A stretch of DNA of 63,647 bases, filler included, from Pirum gemmata (GCA_002812295.1; 13 parts of 13 records of this genome joined end to end with filler, not necessarily neighbours in it), one strand, 5' to 3'; shown: positions 49,387-62,278, counted from the whole stretch's first letter. Program-made: numbers and translations. The notes: generated by a model from the letters alone, not told the origin.

Positions 49387-49899
49387 ATGTTGCAGTTGCG
49401 TACTTTGAATCGTTTAAAAGTTCTTGATTTTCACGGATGTTTTTTTATTACGGACCAAGCTATCAAAAACATTGTTTCGAGCCCGAATATGAGTTGCTTA
49501 GAAAAACTTATTATAAACGGTTGTGTTGACGTCACTGACGAAAGTATATCTAAATTAATTAATTTAACCAAACTGATTTACTTAAATGTAAAAGAAACGA
49601 AAGTAACAAAGTCTTGCATCGAAGATTTAATTAAAGCCTTTTCCAAAATTAGAAAAACTACAGATAGTTATGATAATGGTAGTAGTGGTGTTGGTGATAA
49701 TAAAGGTAAAATCACCATATTATCTGACTTTGATAGTGCTAATAACGAGAATGAGGATGATAGTGATGATGACAGTGATAGTGATTTTGATTTATCGTTG
49801 CACCAAAATTTAAGATGGCAGAGTGATACATCAGATGATGATGAGGATTATGATATATTCGACGTTGATGAGTTAAGTGATAACGAACATTTCGTATAA
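49387..49899 (+). CDS. Terminal exon of a cysteine-containing LRR (F-box/LRR, AMN1-like) protein with acidic tail
   Basis: Acceptor atgtag|. LKVLDFHGCFFITDQAI and LEKLIINGCVDVTDESI fit the LRR_CC consensus LxxLxLxxCxxITDxxL. Confidence 0.8.
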   Translation: MLQLRTLNRLKVLDFHGCFFITDQAIKNIVSSPNMSCLEKLIINGCVDVTDESISKLINLTKLIYLNVKETKVTKSCIEDLIKAFSKIRKTTDSYDNGSSGVGDNKGKITILSDFDSANNENEDDSDDDSDSDFDLSLHQNLRWQSDTSDDDEDYDIFDVDELSDNEHFV

Positions 49900-50297
49900 A
49901 TAAATAGTTCAATGATAATAGTATATAATGATACAGGTTTTTTAAAAAATTAAAGTTCTGTTTTTGAATTGTGTTGGGAAAGGTGATTGATTGGTTTAGT
50001 GGTTGGTATCTTTTTTATCTTTTATACATGTTTGTTTGTATATTTGTGTTCCTTCATTCATTAATTAGTCTTATGATAGTTTGTAATAAATATATATAAA
50101 CAGAAAGGCAAAAAGAATATTTAAAAAATACAAGTGAAAAATAGTATATGAAAACGTAATTAATACCAAATATATATAAACAGAAGGGCAAAAAGAATAT
50201 TTAAAAAGTGAATAATAGTATATGAAAACGTAATTAATACCAAAATTAGTTAGAATAAACATGTATATAGTTTAATAATGTTTTTATAAGAAAATTG

Positions 50298-50811
50298 ATA
50301 GTTCAATGATAATTGTATACAATGATACGGTCTTTTAAAAAATTAAAGTTCTGTTTTTGAATTGTGTTGGGAAAGGTGATTTTGATTTATCGTTGCACCA
50401 AATTTTAAGATGGCAGAGTGATACATCAGATGATGATGAGGATTATGATATATTTGACGTTGATGAGTTAAGTGATAACGAACATTTCGTATAAATAAAT
50501 AGTTCAATGATAATAGTATATAATGATACAGGTTTTTTAAAAAATTAAAGTTCTGTTTTTGAATTGTGCTGGGAAAGGTGATTGATTGGTTTAATGGTTG
50601 GTATCTTTTTTATGTTTTATACATGTTTGTTTGTATATTTGTGTTCCCTCATTCATTCTTATGATAGTTTGTAATAAATATATATAAACAGAAGGGCAAA
50701 AAGAATGTTTAAAAAATACAAGTGAATAATAGTATATGAAAACATAATTAATACTAAAATTAGTTAGAATAAACATGTATATAGTTTAATCATATTTTAT
50801 AAGAAAATTGA
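50298..50811 (+). repeat. Local duplication of the LRR gene 3' end and UTR
   Basis: 50298-50380 copies 49904-49987, and 50376-50811 copies 49781-50298 with a +1 indel. Confidence 0.9.
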
Positions 50812-51840
50812 AGATCATGAATAGCATTCTTTAGCGAATGTTAAAAATACCAATGGGGGTATAATGAAATTTGATTTTGTTAGGTTAGGATTTAGGTTAG
50901 ATTAAGAGAATAGAATGTAATTTAGTAATAAGTTTACAGTAGGACAAAAAGGTATAATGGAATCAGGTCGTGGAAATTAGCTAATATATATATGTATACT
51001 GAAAACAATTAAATAGTGCCTAGAAGACTTAGAAAAGGGTGCGTTATATTAAAACACGTGTTCTTGAATCGGATAGTTAACATAATAAATTGAATAGTTA
51101 AAACATATAAATTGCGTGGTTAACATCCTAAATGGAATAGTCTATGAATAAAAGAAGTTATGATTAATAATACCATAAGGAAAAATAATTATTATTTCAC
51201 AAATTTAAAATTGAAAAACGTGTATGTAGATGTGTAGTCTGTAGACGTGTATTTTGGGATATGAAGAGAATGTATTACTACTTTTAAATACTATTGAATT
51301 TTCTTGTATTTTCAATTACAATCCTCCTAAGTTTACCCTTTATTCTAATAGTATTTGTCCAATATAGACCCTAGACAGTTTAAGAAGCGGTGGGTTTTAA
51401 GTTCGTAGTATATAATGCTATTCAACAATCAATTAACCAATCAACCAATAAATATGTAACTTTTACTACACAAGTATATATAAAGCTTAAAATATTTTCT
51501 GCGAAAAATGATACCGTAACTAACAAAACCCAAAATGAAAATGTGATATATACATATATAGTATAACAAAAAGTGAAAATGTTTATATATTTTGAGACAG
51601 GCCTCAGTAAAAATATATAAAGAAAAGAATTAAAAGAAATTAAAATCATTCAAAATTTTGACCAATAGATTTTGGTGCTAAAGAAAAGAAAAGGGGATGT
51701 TAGATATGTATATATCTATATAAACAAAAACAGAAAAAAGTTTTTTTTTATTGGTTCTTTAGTAATCAAGAATCAAGTTTTTTATTACCATTTTTTTTTT
51801 TTTTTATACACTACCAAGAAGGTTACAGGGGTGCTTGATC

Positions 51841-51904
<64 letters not shown>

Positions 51905-52229
51905 AGCTGATATATTTTTAGGGTGGTTACCCCTTTTCTTGCAAACCTTTATGCTTAATATAGCCTTTGTCTTTTTTATATATATTATATATACTATATT
52001 ATGTAGTTCATAGTGAATGTAGAAGGAATAAGTACATGTTGGTTACCAACTGCTTTTGTCTTATTATTTAAATTTATTCCACCATTAGAATTTCTTTTTT
52101 CAGCGTGCGGCAGTAGTATTAGTTGTTGTCATTAAAAAAAAATTGAGAATTGATATTTTATGGTTACAACTAATACATGAATGCCCAACCATACTTAGAT
52201 CAAGAAAATAACTATAACTACAGAAAGTC

Positions 52230-53849
52230 TTAATACCAAAACTGCAAAGAAGGCAATGAATTTGAAAGAATTGAACTTGGTTCTGATTCAATTAAATTCT
52301 GAATAATCCCATTAGCGGTGCTTATTTCTTTGATAGACCAATGTCTTGTTAATATCTGTACTGTTTTACATGAAAATGCTTAGTAAAAAAGGTAAGCCTG
52401 ACGGTTAGGATTAAGATTAGGGTTAGGGTTAGGGTTATTCAGGGGATAGGGCAACAAGGTTAGGTAATCAAGTTAAATTGTGACGCTCTTAATTGACAAA
52501 ATAAACCAAGAAAATCCAAGTAATTTTCATTTCTACTGAATGTAAAGAAAAACGTGCAAACCCCAAAGAAAAATCAAATACGGATTTTTTTTTGAAATTT
52601 CGACTTATAAAAAAAAATTGCATTTCCTCAGCCTTATTTTTTTTTCAATTCGCCTTGAATAACAAAATCAGACTTTAGTTTTTTGTGATTTGCCGATCTT
52701 ACCTTTACTATTATTTGAGAGCTTCAAAACTTTATAGATATTGACTTTACATGTTTAATATTGTTTATACTTCATTTAATTTATCGAAACTTTGTGTAAT
52801 AGAACTTTCTAACCCATACAGTGCTAAATTGGGGTCCTTAGTTAGCGAAAACGGGATACTTTTTGAGTTAATACTATGACGATACTTTTTAGAGCTACTT
52901 GAACAGTGTTGTGGTCGAGGTGCAGACATTAATGCTTCCTCATTGAAAATGCCATTACCAACAGTATCATTATCATTATCATTCATAAAATCATCAATAT
53001 CTTCCTCGTACACAAGGACTTTATTTTGGCTTTCCTTATTATCTTGGTTACGCTGTGAACAGTCATCTATAACAGTTTCAGAAATTTCATTTTCTGTGTC
53101 GATACCAAACGTGCCTTGTGTATTATCATAATCATCATTCGTACAGATAATAAAGATATCGTTGTCATTGTTATCATCAACCCGACTAATAATATCTGGT
53201 ACAATGTAATCATTATTGATATCTCTTTCATTTCCTTCTCCAATTACGTCGTTTTGTTCGTTTTTAGTGTCAGAAAATATAAACTGAGATCCGCTGGGGT
53301 CAGCTATCACTATCACAAGGTCCTTTTCGTCTGCAGCATCCTGTTCACAAATACCATTGACTTTATTTTCTAGTAAGAACAGTCAAATAATAATAATTAA
53401 TAATAATAAAACTATCAGTAATACAATGAATGGGAAGTTTAAACAAATGAAAAAAAAAATACAAAAACAATAATTTCGTCATAAATCAATCACGGGTAAA
53501 ACATTACCATAAAGGCACCTTGACAAAATCAATACAAATGACGAACAAATACCTAACCCTAACCTTAACCCTTACCCCGTACCCCCTTAACCTCTTACCC
53601 CATACAACTTAATCCATAATATTCAAACCTTAACTTAAACAAACAGAAAAATTGTCTTACCTTCTTTTTTAGTATTATGAATGGTTGATGTTATAATGCT
53701 GCAATCAGAAAAGGCTTTGTTGTTTGGTCGGCGACTTCTATTAGTGTTAGTACAATAATTTATTCGCTTTATAGGTTTAAGAATAGATTCGATTCTATAT
53801 CTATGTTCCACAAGATATACAGCTTCCTCTTCCAAAGAAGCTTGTGACC
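52230..53849 (-). CDS. Unknown acidic protein, 5'-partial, multi-exon (about 53849-53660, 53369-52771, possible micro-exon near 52721-52703, about 52379-52230)
   Basis: The first junction is frame-compatible GT-AG (gaa g|gtaaga ... ttactag|aa aat) and joins the 66-aa and 183-aa ORFs. The 3' exon structure is tentative. Confidence 0.6.
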
Positions 53850-54770
53850 CTATATTAGAAAAACATAAGGCAAACTGTTTTAAATCGTTGTACTAATTTT
53901 AATCCTACCCCTACCCCTAATCCTACCCCTAATCCTATCCTCAACCCTAACCCTAACCCTAACCCTAACCCTAACCCTAACCCTAANNNNNNNNNNNNNN
54001 NNNNNNNNNNNNNNNNNNNNNNNNNNNNNNTTAATTAATTAANNNNNNNNNNNNNNNNNNNNNNNNNNNNNNNNNNNNNNNNNNNNAATATTAATACTAA
54101 TACTAATACTAATAATAATACTAATACTAATACTAATACTAATACTAATACTAATACTAATACTAATACTAATACTAATATACCAATACCAATACCAGTG
54201 CCAGTGCCAATGCCGATACTAATACTAATATTAATATTAATATTAATATATTCTAATACTAAAACTAAAATAATACTAATACCAATAACTAAAACTAATA
54301 TCAATACTAATACTAATACTAATACTAATCTTAATACTAATCTTAATACTGATCCTAATACTAATCCTAATCCTAATTCTAATCCTAATACTTAGTACTA
54401 AAACTAATACTATTACTAATACTAATACTAATAATAATAATAATCTAATCTTAATCTTGATCCTAATCCTAATCTTAATCCTAATCTTAATTAAAATCCT
54501 AATCCTAATCCAAATCCTAATCCTATTCCAATACTAATCCTAATCCTAATCCTAATCCTAATCCTAATCCTAAACCTAAACCTAAACCTAAACCTAAACC
54601 TAAACCTAAACCTAAACCTAAACCTAAACCTAAAGGTTAAGGCTAAGGTTAAGGTTAAGGCTAAGGCTAATCTTACTCTTACATTCTAATAAATAATGCT
54701 AATACTAATACTAATATTAATGTTAATACTATTACTAATATTAACATTAATGCTAATACTAATATTGTAC

Positions 54771-54905
54771 CTTATTTTTACTTGCTTCTCTATTTCCTGC
54801 ACCAGCACCTCCTCCTCCTGCACCTCCCGCAGCATGCTTCGCAGCAGCGTGCTTTCTGTTGGTGTCTTTAGCAGTATGTTTCTGTTGAATGCCTTTGCGT
54901 CCCAT
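54771..54905 (-). CDS. Exon 1 of a further tandem copy of the MBS1-like gene (exon 2 lies beyond the contig edge)
   Basis: Identical to 56835-56969 at offset 2064. Confidence 0.7.
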
Positions 54906-55156
54906 TGTTACTACTAAATTTATATATGTAATAGCAAGAATAAAACTTTAATAAACTACCTGACGTTCAAAATCATATACATAAAACTCAATCATAATTA
55001 TAGTCTTATAGTCACTCTTGCAATTATTATCATACTTATAACCATGTAGTTATAGATCATAATCATTATCAGTCCCGCACTGATTGATACCAACAGTAAC
55101 AGTAGTAGTAGTAGTACAAGTTACAACAATAGCAATAATAACATAACAACAATAAC

Positions 55157-55226
<70 letters not shown>

Positions 55227-55745
55227 TTATAAGAGCAATAATAAAAATGTAAACGAGAATTAGCGCTGGTAATGACCACCCTGAAATAGCAGGACAGGAG
55301 ACTAATTGAATTGATTAATAAGAATTTTATTTACTTAAAAGCCATTCATAACCATTTGGCAAATTAATCACTGCCTAGCATCTAAACCGCTATCAAAAAG
55401 GCTGATCGATAATAATAACCAAAAGTTTATCCAGAAACTACAGCGAAAGAAAAAATAGATGGATATTAAACCCAAATAAAAAGAAAACTAAAGAGAAAGA
55501 AAGAGAGAGGGAGTAATGGGTAGTAGTAGTAGTAGTCGTAAGACAAAATACGATAACCTATGTTGCTGTTGTTGTATGTGCATTTAGAAAAAAAAAGTCT
55601 TTTTGTGATTGATCATATTAGTATAAGTACATTTTGAAGAACTACTACTATAAATAACAACAAAACAAATGAAACAAAACAAAACTAAGAGCTTAGTGAA
55701 ATGAATTTTAAAAGTTGAAAAATTCTTGCGTTACCGATCTAAAAT

Positions 55746-56969
55746 CTATTTGGCTTCTGCAAACTTTTTTTCGTATTTAGCTTTATCAAATGTAAGCTTC
55801 GCGTGCTTGGATTCAAAATGATTTTCCATCCTATTTAAATTTGGTTGTTGGGTGGCACAAAATTCACACAACACAACACCCTGTAAAAGAAATAAAGTAA
55901 AACATGTCAATCAGAGGAAACCCACCAAAGCAATGTCTAAAAATAGCAGTACTTATACTAATACTAATACTGATACTAATATTAATATCAATACTAGTAC
56001 TAATAACAAAAAATAATACTAACACTAATACTAATACTAATAACAATACCAAGACTAGCACTAATAAATACTAATTTTAATTCTAATTCTAATACTAATA
56101 CTAATACTAAGACTAATACTAACAAACATTAATACAAGTACTAATACTAATACTAATACTAATATTAATACTAATAATACTAATACTAATACTAATACTA
56201 ATACTAATACTAAATACTAATATTAATACTAATATTAATACTAATACTAATACTAATAATAATACTAATACTAATACTAATACTAATACTAATACTAATA
56301 CTAATACTAATACTAATACTAATATACCAATACCAATACTCCTAATCCTATTCCAATACTAATCCTAATCCTAATCCTAATCCTAATCCTAATCCTAAAC
56401 CTAAACCTAAACCTAAACCTAAACCTAAACCTAAACCTAAACCTAAACCTAAACCTAAACCTAAACCTAAACCTAAACCTAAACCTAAACCTGACCCTGA
56501 CCCTGACCCTGACCCTAATACTAATACTAATACTAATACTAATACTAATACTAATACTAATACTAATACTAATACCAGTCCTAGTCCTAATCCTAGTCCT
56601 AATCTTAGTCCTAATCCTATTCCCAATTCTAATCTCAATGCTAATGCTAATGCTAATACTGATGCTAACGCTAACGCTAACGTTAACGCTAAGGTTAAGG
56701 TTAAGGCTAAGGTTAAGGTTAAGGCTAAGGCTAATCTTACTCTTACATTCTAATAAATAATGCTAATACTAATACTAATATTAATGTTAATACTATTACT
56801 AATATTAACATTAATGCTAATACTAATATTGTACCTTATTTTTACTTGCTTCTCTATTTCCTGCACCAGCACCTCCTCCTCCTGCACCTCCCGCAGCATG
56901 CTTCGCAGCAGCGTGCTTTCTGTTGGTGTCTTTAGCAGTATGTTTCTGTTGAATGCCTTTGCGTCCCAT
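55746..56969 (-). CDS. 89-aa MBS1-like small C2H2 zinc-finger protein; exons 56969-56835 and 55880-55746
   Basis: Phase-0 GT-AG intron joins MGRKGIQQKHTAKDTNRKHAAAKHAAGGAGGGGAGAGNREASKNK and GVVLCEFCATQQPNLNRMENHFESKHAKLTFDKAKYEKKFAEAK*. KHTAK, the Gly-rich linker and CxxC...MxxHxESKH match plant/algal METHYLENE BLUE SENSITIVITY 1 as recalled. Confidence 0.82.
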
Positions 56970-57220
56970 TGTTACTACTAAATTTATATATGTAATAGCA
57001 AGAATAAAACTTTAATAAACTACCTGACGTTCAAAATCATATACATAAAACTCAATCATAATTATAGTCTTATAGTCACTCTTGCAATTATTATCATACT
57101 TATAACCATGTAGTTATAGATCATAATCATTATCAGTCCCGCACTGATTGATACCAACAGTAACAGTAGTAGTAGTAGTACAAGTTACAACAATAGCAAT
57201 AATAACATAACAACAATAAC

Positions 57221-57290
<70 letters not shown>

Positions 57291-57809
57291 TTATAAGAGC
57301 AATAATAAAAATGTAAACGAGAATTAGCGCTGGTAATGACCACCCTGAAATAGCAGGACAGGAGACTAATTGAATTGATTAATAAGAATTTTATTTACTT
57401 AAAAGCCATTCATAACCATTTGGCAAATTAATCACTGCCTAGCATCTAAACCGCTATCAAAAAGGCTGATCGATAATAATAACCAAAAGTTTATCCAGAA
57501 ACTACAGCGAAAGAAAAAATAGATGGATATTAAACCCAAATAAAAAGAAAACTAAAGAGAAAGAAAGAGAGAGGGAGTAATGGGTAGTAGTAGTAGTAGT
57601 CGTAAGACAAAATACGATAACCTATGTTGCTGTTGTTGTATGTGCATTTAGAAAAAAAAAGTCTTTTTGTGATTGATCATATTAGTATAAGTACATTTTG
57701 AAGAACTACTACTATAAATAACAACAAAACAAATGAAACAAAACAAAACTAAGAGCTTAGTGAAATGAATTTTAAAAGTTGAAAAATTCTTGCGTTACCG
57801 ATCTAAAAT

Positions 57810-57944
57810 CTATTTGGCTTCTGCAAACTTTTTTTCGTATTTAGCTTTATCAAATGTAAGCTTCGCGTGCTTGGATTCAAAATGATTTTCCATCCTATTT
57901 AAATTTGGTTGTTGGGTGGCACAAAATTCACACAACACAACACC
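57810..57944 (-). CDS. Exon 2 of an upstream tandem copy of the MBS1-like gene
   Basis: Identical to 55746-55880 at offset 2064. Confidence 0.7.
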   Translation of the reverse strand, partial: GVVLCEFCATQQPNLNRMENHFESKHAKLTFDKAKYEKKFAEAK

Positions 57945-59779
57945 CTGTAAAAGAAATAAAGTAAAACATGTCAATCAGAGGAAACCCACCAAAGCAATGT
58001 CTAAAAATAGCAGTACTTATACTAATACTAATACTGATACTAATATTAATATCAATACTAGTACTAATAACAAAAAATAATACTAACACTAATACTAATA
58101 CTAATAACAATACCAAGACTAGCACTAATAAATACTAATTTTAATTCTAATTCTAATACTAATACTAATACTAAGACTAATACTAACAAACATTAATACA
58201 AGTACTAATACTAATACTAATACTAATATTAATACTAATAATACTAATACTAATACTAATACTAATACTAATACTAAATACTAATATTAATACTAATATT
58301 AATACTAATACTAATACTAATAATAATACTAATACTAATACTAATACTAATACTAATACTAATACTAATACTAATACTAATACTAATATACCAATACCAA
58401 TACCAGTGCCAGTGCCAATGCCGATACTAATACTAATATTAATATTAATATTAATATATTCTAATACTAAAACTAAAATAATACTAATACCAATAACTAA
58501 AACTAATATCAATACTAATACTAATACTAATACTAATCTTAATACTAATCTTAATACTGATCCTAATACTAATCCTAATCCTAATTCTAATCCTAATACT
58601 TAGTACTAAAACTAATACTATTACTAATACTAATACTAATAATAATAATAATCTAATCTTAATCTTGATCCTAATCCTAATCTTAATCCTAATCTTAATT
58701 AAAATCCTAATCCTAATCCAAATCCTAATCCTATTCCAATACTAATCCTAATCCTAATCCTAATCCTAATCCTAATCCTAAACCTAAACCTAAACCTAAA
58801 CCTAAACCTNNNNNNNNNNNNNNNNNNNNNNNNNNNNNNNNNNNNNNNNNNNNTTAATTAATTAANNNNNNNNNNNNNNNNNNNNNNNNNNNNNNNNNNN
58901 NNNNNNNNNAATAATAATAAATAAAAAAAATAAAAAAAAAGTAAAAGCATGGTTTTCATCACGGGACAAAAAGCCAATTAAAATTACTTTTTTATTATTT
59001 AAAATATTTAGGCCAATAAATTAATTTATTTAAAAGTCCAAAAAATATATTTTGCAACTTTTTTGCTTAGCTAAGCAGCCTTCGTGCAGCCTTCAGGCCC
59101 TCCAGGCTCCAAGGCTCCATCCAACCTTCAGGGCTGCAAAAAAGACCTACTAGACCCCGTCTACTACAGGCTAGCTAGCTAGAGAAAATTTTCAAAATTC
59201 TTTTTTTGGATATTATACTCTTATTATGATACTCTTACATAGAGTCTTATTATCTTCAATATTAGAGACTTCATTATCATTGAATGAAAAGTTCGAGTTG
59301 AATGGACTATTGAATGTTCAAATTTTCGAATCTATTTAGTTATTACTGTTTGAAAACAGTCAAACGTCATGTCAGTTAAAAAAAACCAGTCCTGACTAAA
59401 GTCAGTCTAAAATCACAGCTTTTTAGAAAATCGGGAACGATTATTTGAAACAGTTTGAAACACATCTTCAAATAACATTTGATCCCACTCTAGCTAGCTA
59501 GCTAGCTCTACTAGTAGCGCTCTACTACTACTAGTAGCTAGAGCTAGAGCATTTGATCAAGTTGATCATTTATCATACTTTTTTCCTTATTTATTAGTTA
59601 CCTATACAAATAAGATAATTTTTTAAAAAAGATTTTTTTTTTTTTTTTTCTGTATGATATCATAATATTATTATAACGAACAAGTTTTTCTATTTGAATT
59701 TTAGTGGATAAACGAATAAGGTTTTCTATTGAATGACAGAGCAGTTCCACAAGAAAGGTTGCGTGAGTGTGAGATTTTA

Positions 59780-60073
59780 ATTATACACCTGACCAAATCC
59801 GCACAGATTTTTATAATTTTAGGGATAGTGGTAATAACACTGTAATAACGATGACCAAAGAAACCTTATCGCAGATGCGCAATATTCCTTATTACAGCAG
59901 TATTATAATGTATCAAATGCAGCCATCGGATTTTTTGTTGATCGTCAATACTATGCTAATGCTAATAATGAATATTCCGAAGAATGTAATAACCGTATGG
60001 TTGATATTTTCAACGTAGATCAAGTAATGACCAAGTTAAATCAATTACAAATTGATTTGGATAATTTTGAATA
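59780..60073 (+). pseudogene. Frameshifted intronless ORF remnant of unknown function
   Basis: NYTPDQIRTDFYNFRDSGN, a frameshift, then NNDDQRNLIADAQYSLLQQYYNVSNAAIGFFVDRQYY...LQIDLDNFE*. Coding-like composition within AT-rich DNA. Confidence 0.35.
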
Positions 60074-60539
60074 ACATATAATACGGAAATTCTAGTTTCA
60101 ATCGTGTTTTTTTATGAAAGCTATTTGTAACAATGTTTGTGTAATCCATTTCAGCATTTTAATTAATAATTATAATATTATATATATAATATTATAGGGT
60201 TTTAACAAATAATAATAATAATAATAATATATAATGCAATAATTATATTATATTATATAACAACATAACATTTTAATAACAATATTTATATAATATTATA
60301 ACAATAACAATAACAATTAATATAATATATGCTGTACATAACAGTATATAACAATAGCAATATAACAATAAAACGTTAACAGCTGCAGTATAACAGTAAA
60401 ACAATATACGTGAACAGTATAATATTATTATAACAATATTAATATAACAATATAACAATATAACAATATAATAGTATAACAATTATAGTATATTAATATA
60501 TTATAATATATTTAACAATAACAATAACAATTTATTACG

Positions 60540-60850
60540 GCCCCTACTTTCAAACCGTGGAATACATTAGTAAGATTAGAAGTGGTTGTTAAATGTTGAA
60601 CACAGCAAAAAGCCGTGTATGTTGAAACACCATTAGCACCAACTACATAATATTATAATCCTTTTTCGGCATCATGAGTTTGATTATTCAAAACTCAAAG
60701 GTATTTCCGGTTCGAATATCTGGTAATATGGCTTGATTACTTACTGTAGTAACGTTGGTTTATATCATATTGAAGAATTGGATCATGTTCAGTTACATGA
60801 TAAATACCATTTTCACCAGTATTTGTTTGCGCACCAATATTAATTTCAAA
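60540..60850 (-). pseudogene. Decayed virion structural (fibre-like) gene fragment
   Basis: The minus strand encodes AQTNTGENGIYHV (core at 60829-60800) and VLNNQTHDAEKGL*YYVV (core at 60685-60656). These resemble the RVLVKNQTxxxENGIYVV motif of phage and giant-virus virion proteins, with stops and frameshifts. Confidence 0.5.
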
Positions 60851-61103
60851 ACATCAAAATTAATTTTAATATAACAATAACAATTAATAACAATATTTAT
60901 AGACGTTAAATCAATATGAGTATTTACATTCTTAAATAGACTTTCATAAGGCTATATTTACTTTATAATTTCCAAACCATTACAAATTGAAACACTCTTT
61001 GGATTATCATTAGAAAAAAAAGATATACAACTCTATCAATGGATAACACATCAAATAGATTTGAACAAAATGGTAAAAAAAATATAGTTTTAAAAAAAAT
61101 TGA

Positions 61104-61367
61104 ATTAAAAAAAATATTCCAACTTTCGTCTCTGGATCAAAGACTTTCAATAATAACATGGCAATTAACGACGTCACTGCAGCGACCAGTACAACTAGTG
61201 GTGCATTAACAGTTGCAGGTGGTACAGGGTTCCAAGGAAGTATTTTTGCTACTGAATTTGTCAGTGTTTCTGATGCGACTTTAAAAACTAATATTAATCC
61301 ATTGAACGATCCTTTACAAAAAATTAAACAATTGGAAGGTTATACTTATAACTATCAATATCAATAA
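61104..61367 (+). pseudogene. Truncated viral fibre protein with start of a peptidase S74 / intramolecular chaperone domain
   Basis: PTFVSGSKTF...ATSTTSGALTVAGGTGFQGSIFATEFVSV-SDATLKTNINPLNDPLQKIKQLEGYTY. This fits SDxRLKxNI...LxKIxxLxGYxY preceded by a TSTTxGALxVxGG fibre repeat, and breaks off into simple repeats. Confidence 0.75.
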
Positions 61368-62278
61368 CGATAACAATGAAACTCTCCATGATGATGCATT
61401 GAATAGGTATTTAAATAGCTATTGAATAGATTTCAATACAATATAACAATAACAATTTATATATAATAGCTATAATATTAATTATAATGCGATAGCAATG
61501 TTATATATTATGTATATGATATATAACAATAACAATAACAATAACAATAAAATTCTTTATGATGATGCATTAGCTATTGCTATTTTTAAATAGCTATTTT
61601 TTTAAATAGGTTTCAATATAGAGTTGAGCTTATAGGGGTTTACAAATATCAGGGTATACGATAGGTGGAGCCTCTTTGCTTGCAAATCAAAAAAACCGTA
61701 GCTTATCATAGTAGTAGCTAGTAGCATGGCTAGCTACTAGTCTATCATAGGTAGGAAAAAACCAAGAAAAAAAAACCAAGAAAAAAGACAACCAAAAAAC
61801 CACAAAAAACTTACCAAAAAACAAGGAGTTCAAAGTTGAACAGTAGTTGAACTCTTTGAAAAACCAAAAAAAAAAAATTGAAAATTTCACGGCCACCTAA
61901 ATTAGGTGAGTGTAAGGACTGTATTCAAGGACTAGCGAGTACTAATTGGTAACGTTAGGTTTAGTAAGGTTTAGCGAATAGTGAGTGAAGTCCCCCAAAT
62001 CTTTGGAATGTGGAGTTACAACAAATTTGGTAGGGCTAGTCTTTTTAAGGTAATAATTTTACCATCACCTTTTTGTACAGTTGTACTCGGTAGAAGTACG
62101 GTAGACCTTTTTGTTCTTCTCGCTGTTCTTGGATAGGACTGGTTACTGGCGCAGTCTGGCGCTTTATTAGGGTTGTAAAATGTAAAATACTGTAAAATCT
62201 GTAAAATAGCTGTAAAATGTTGTGTTTACAAAACACTGTAAAACTCGCTGTAAAACTGTTGTTAGCTGGTTCGCTTTG

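Larger units (their letters stand above)
54087..58809. repeat. Tandem repeat of about 2.1 kb occupying the whole contig
   Basis: About 54640-56340 recurs at offset 2064. The contig start 54087-54601 recurs at 58295-58809 (offset 4208). Confidence 0.92.

Noticed and set aside
54696..54917. Plus-strand 73-aa ORF and its duplicate at 56760-56981; minus-strand 65-aa ORFs at 55864 and 57928
   Set aside because: Antisense or intronic read-through of the MBS1-like exons. The spliced minus-strand model explains them.
4787..58909. Regularly spaced TTAATTAATTAA palindromes flanked by N runs, about every 4.8 kb
   Set aside because: Artificial concatenation linkers. The spacing reflects similar-sized contigs, so cross-contig gene clusters (for example AA5 + ABCA + GH16) are not real neighbourhoods.
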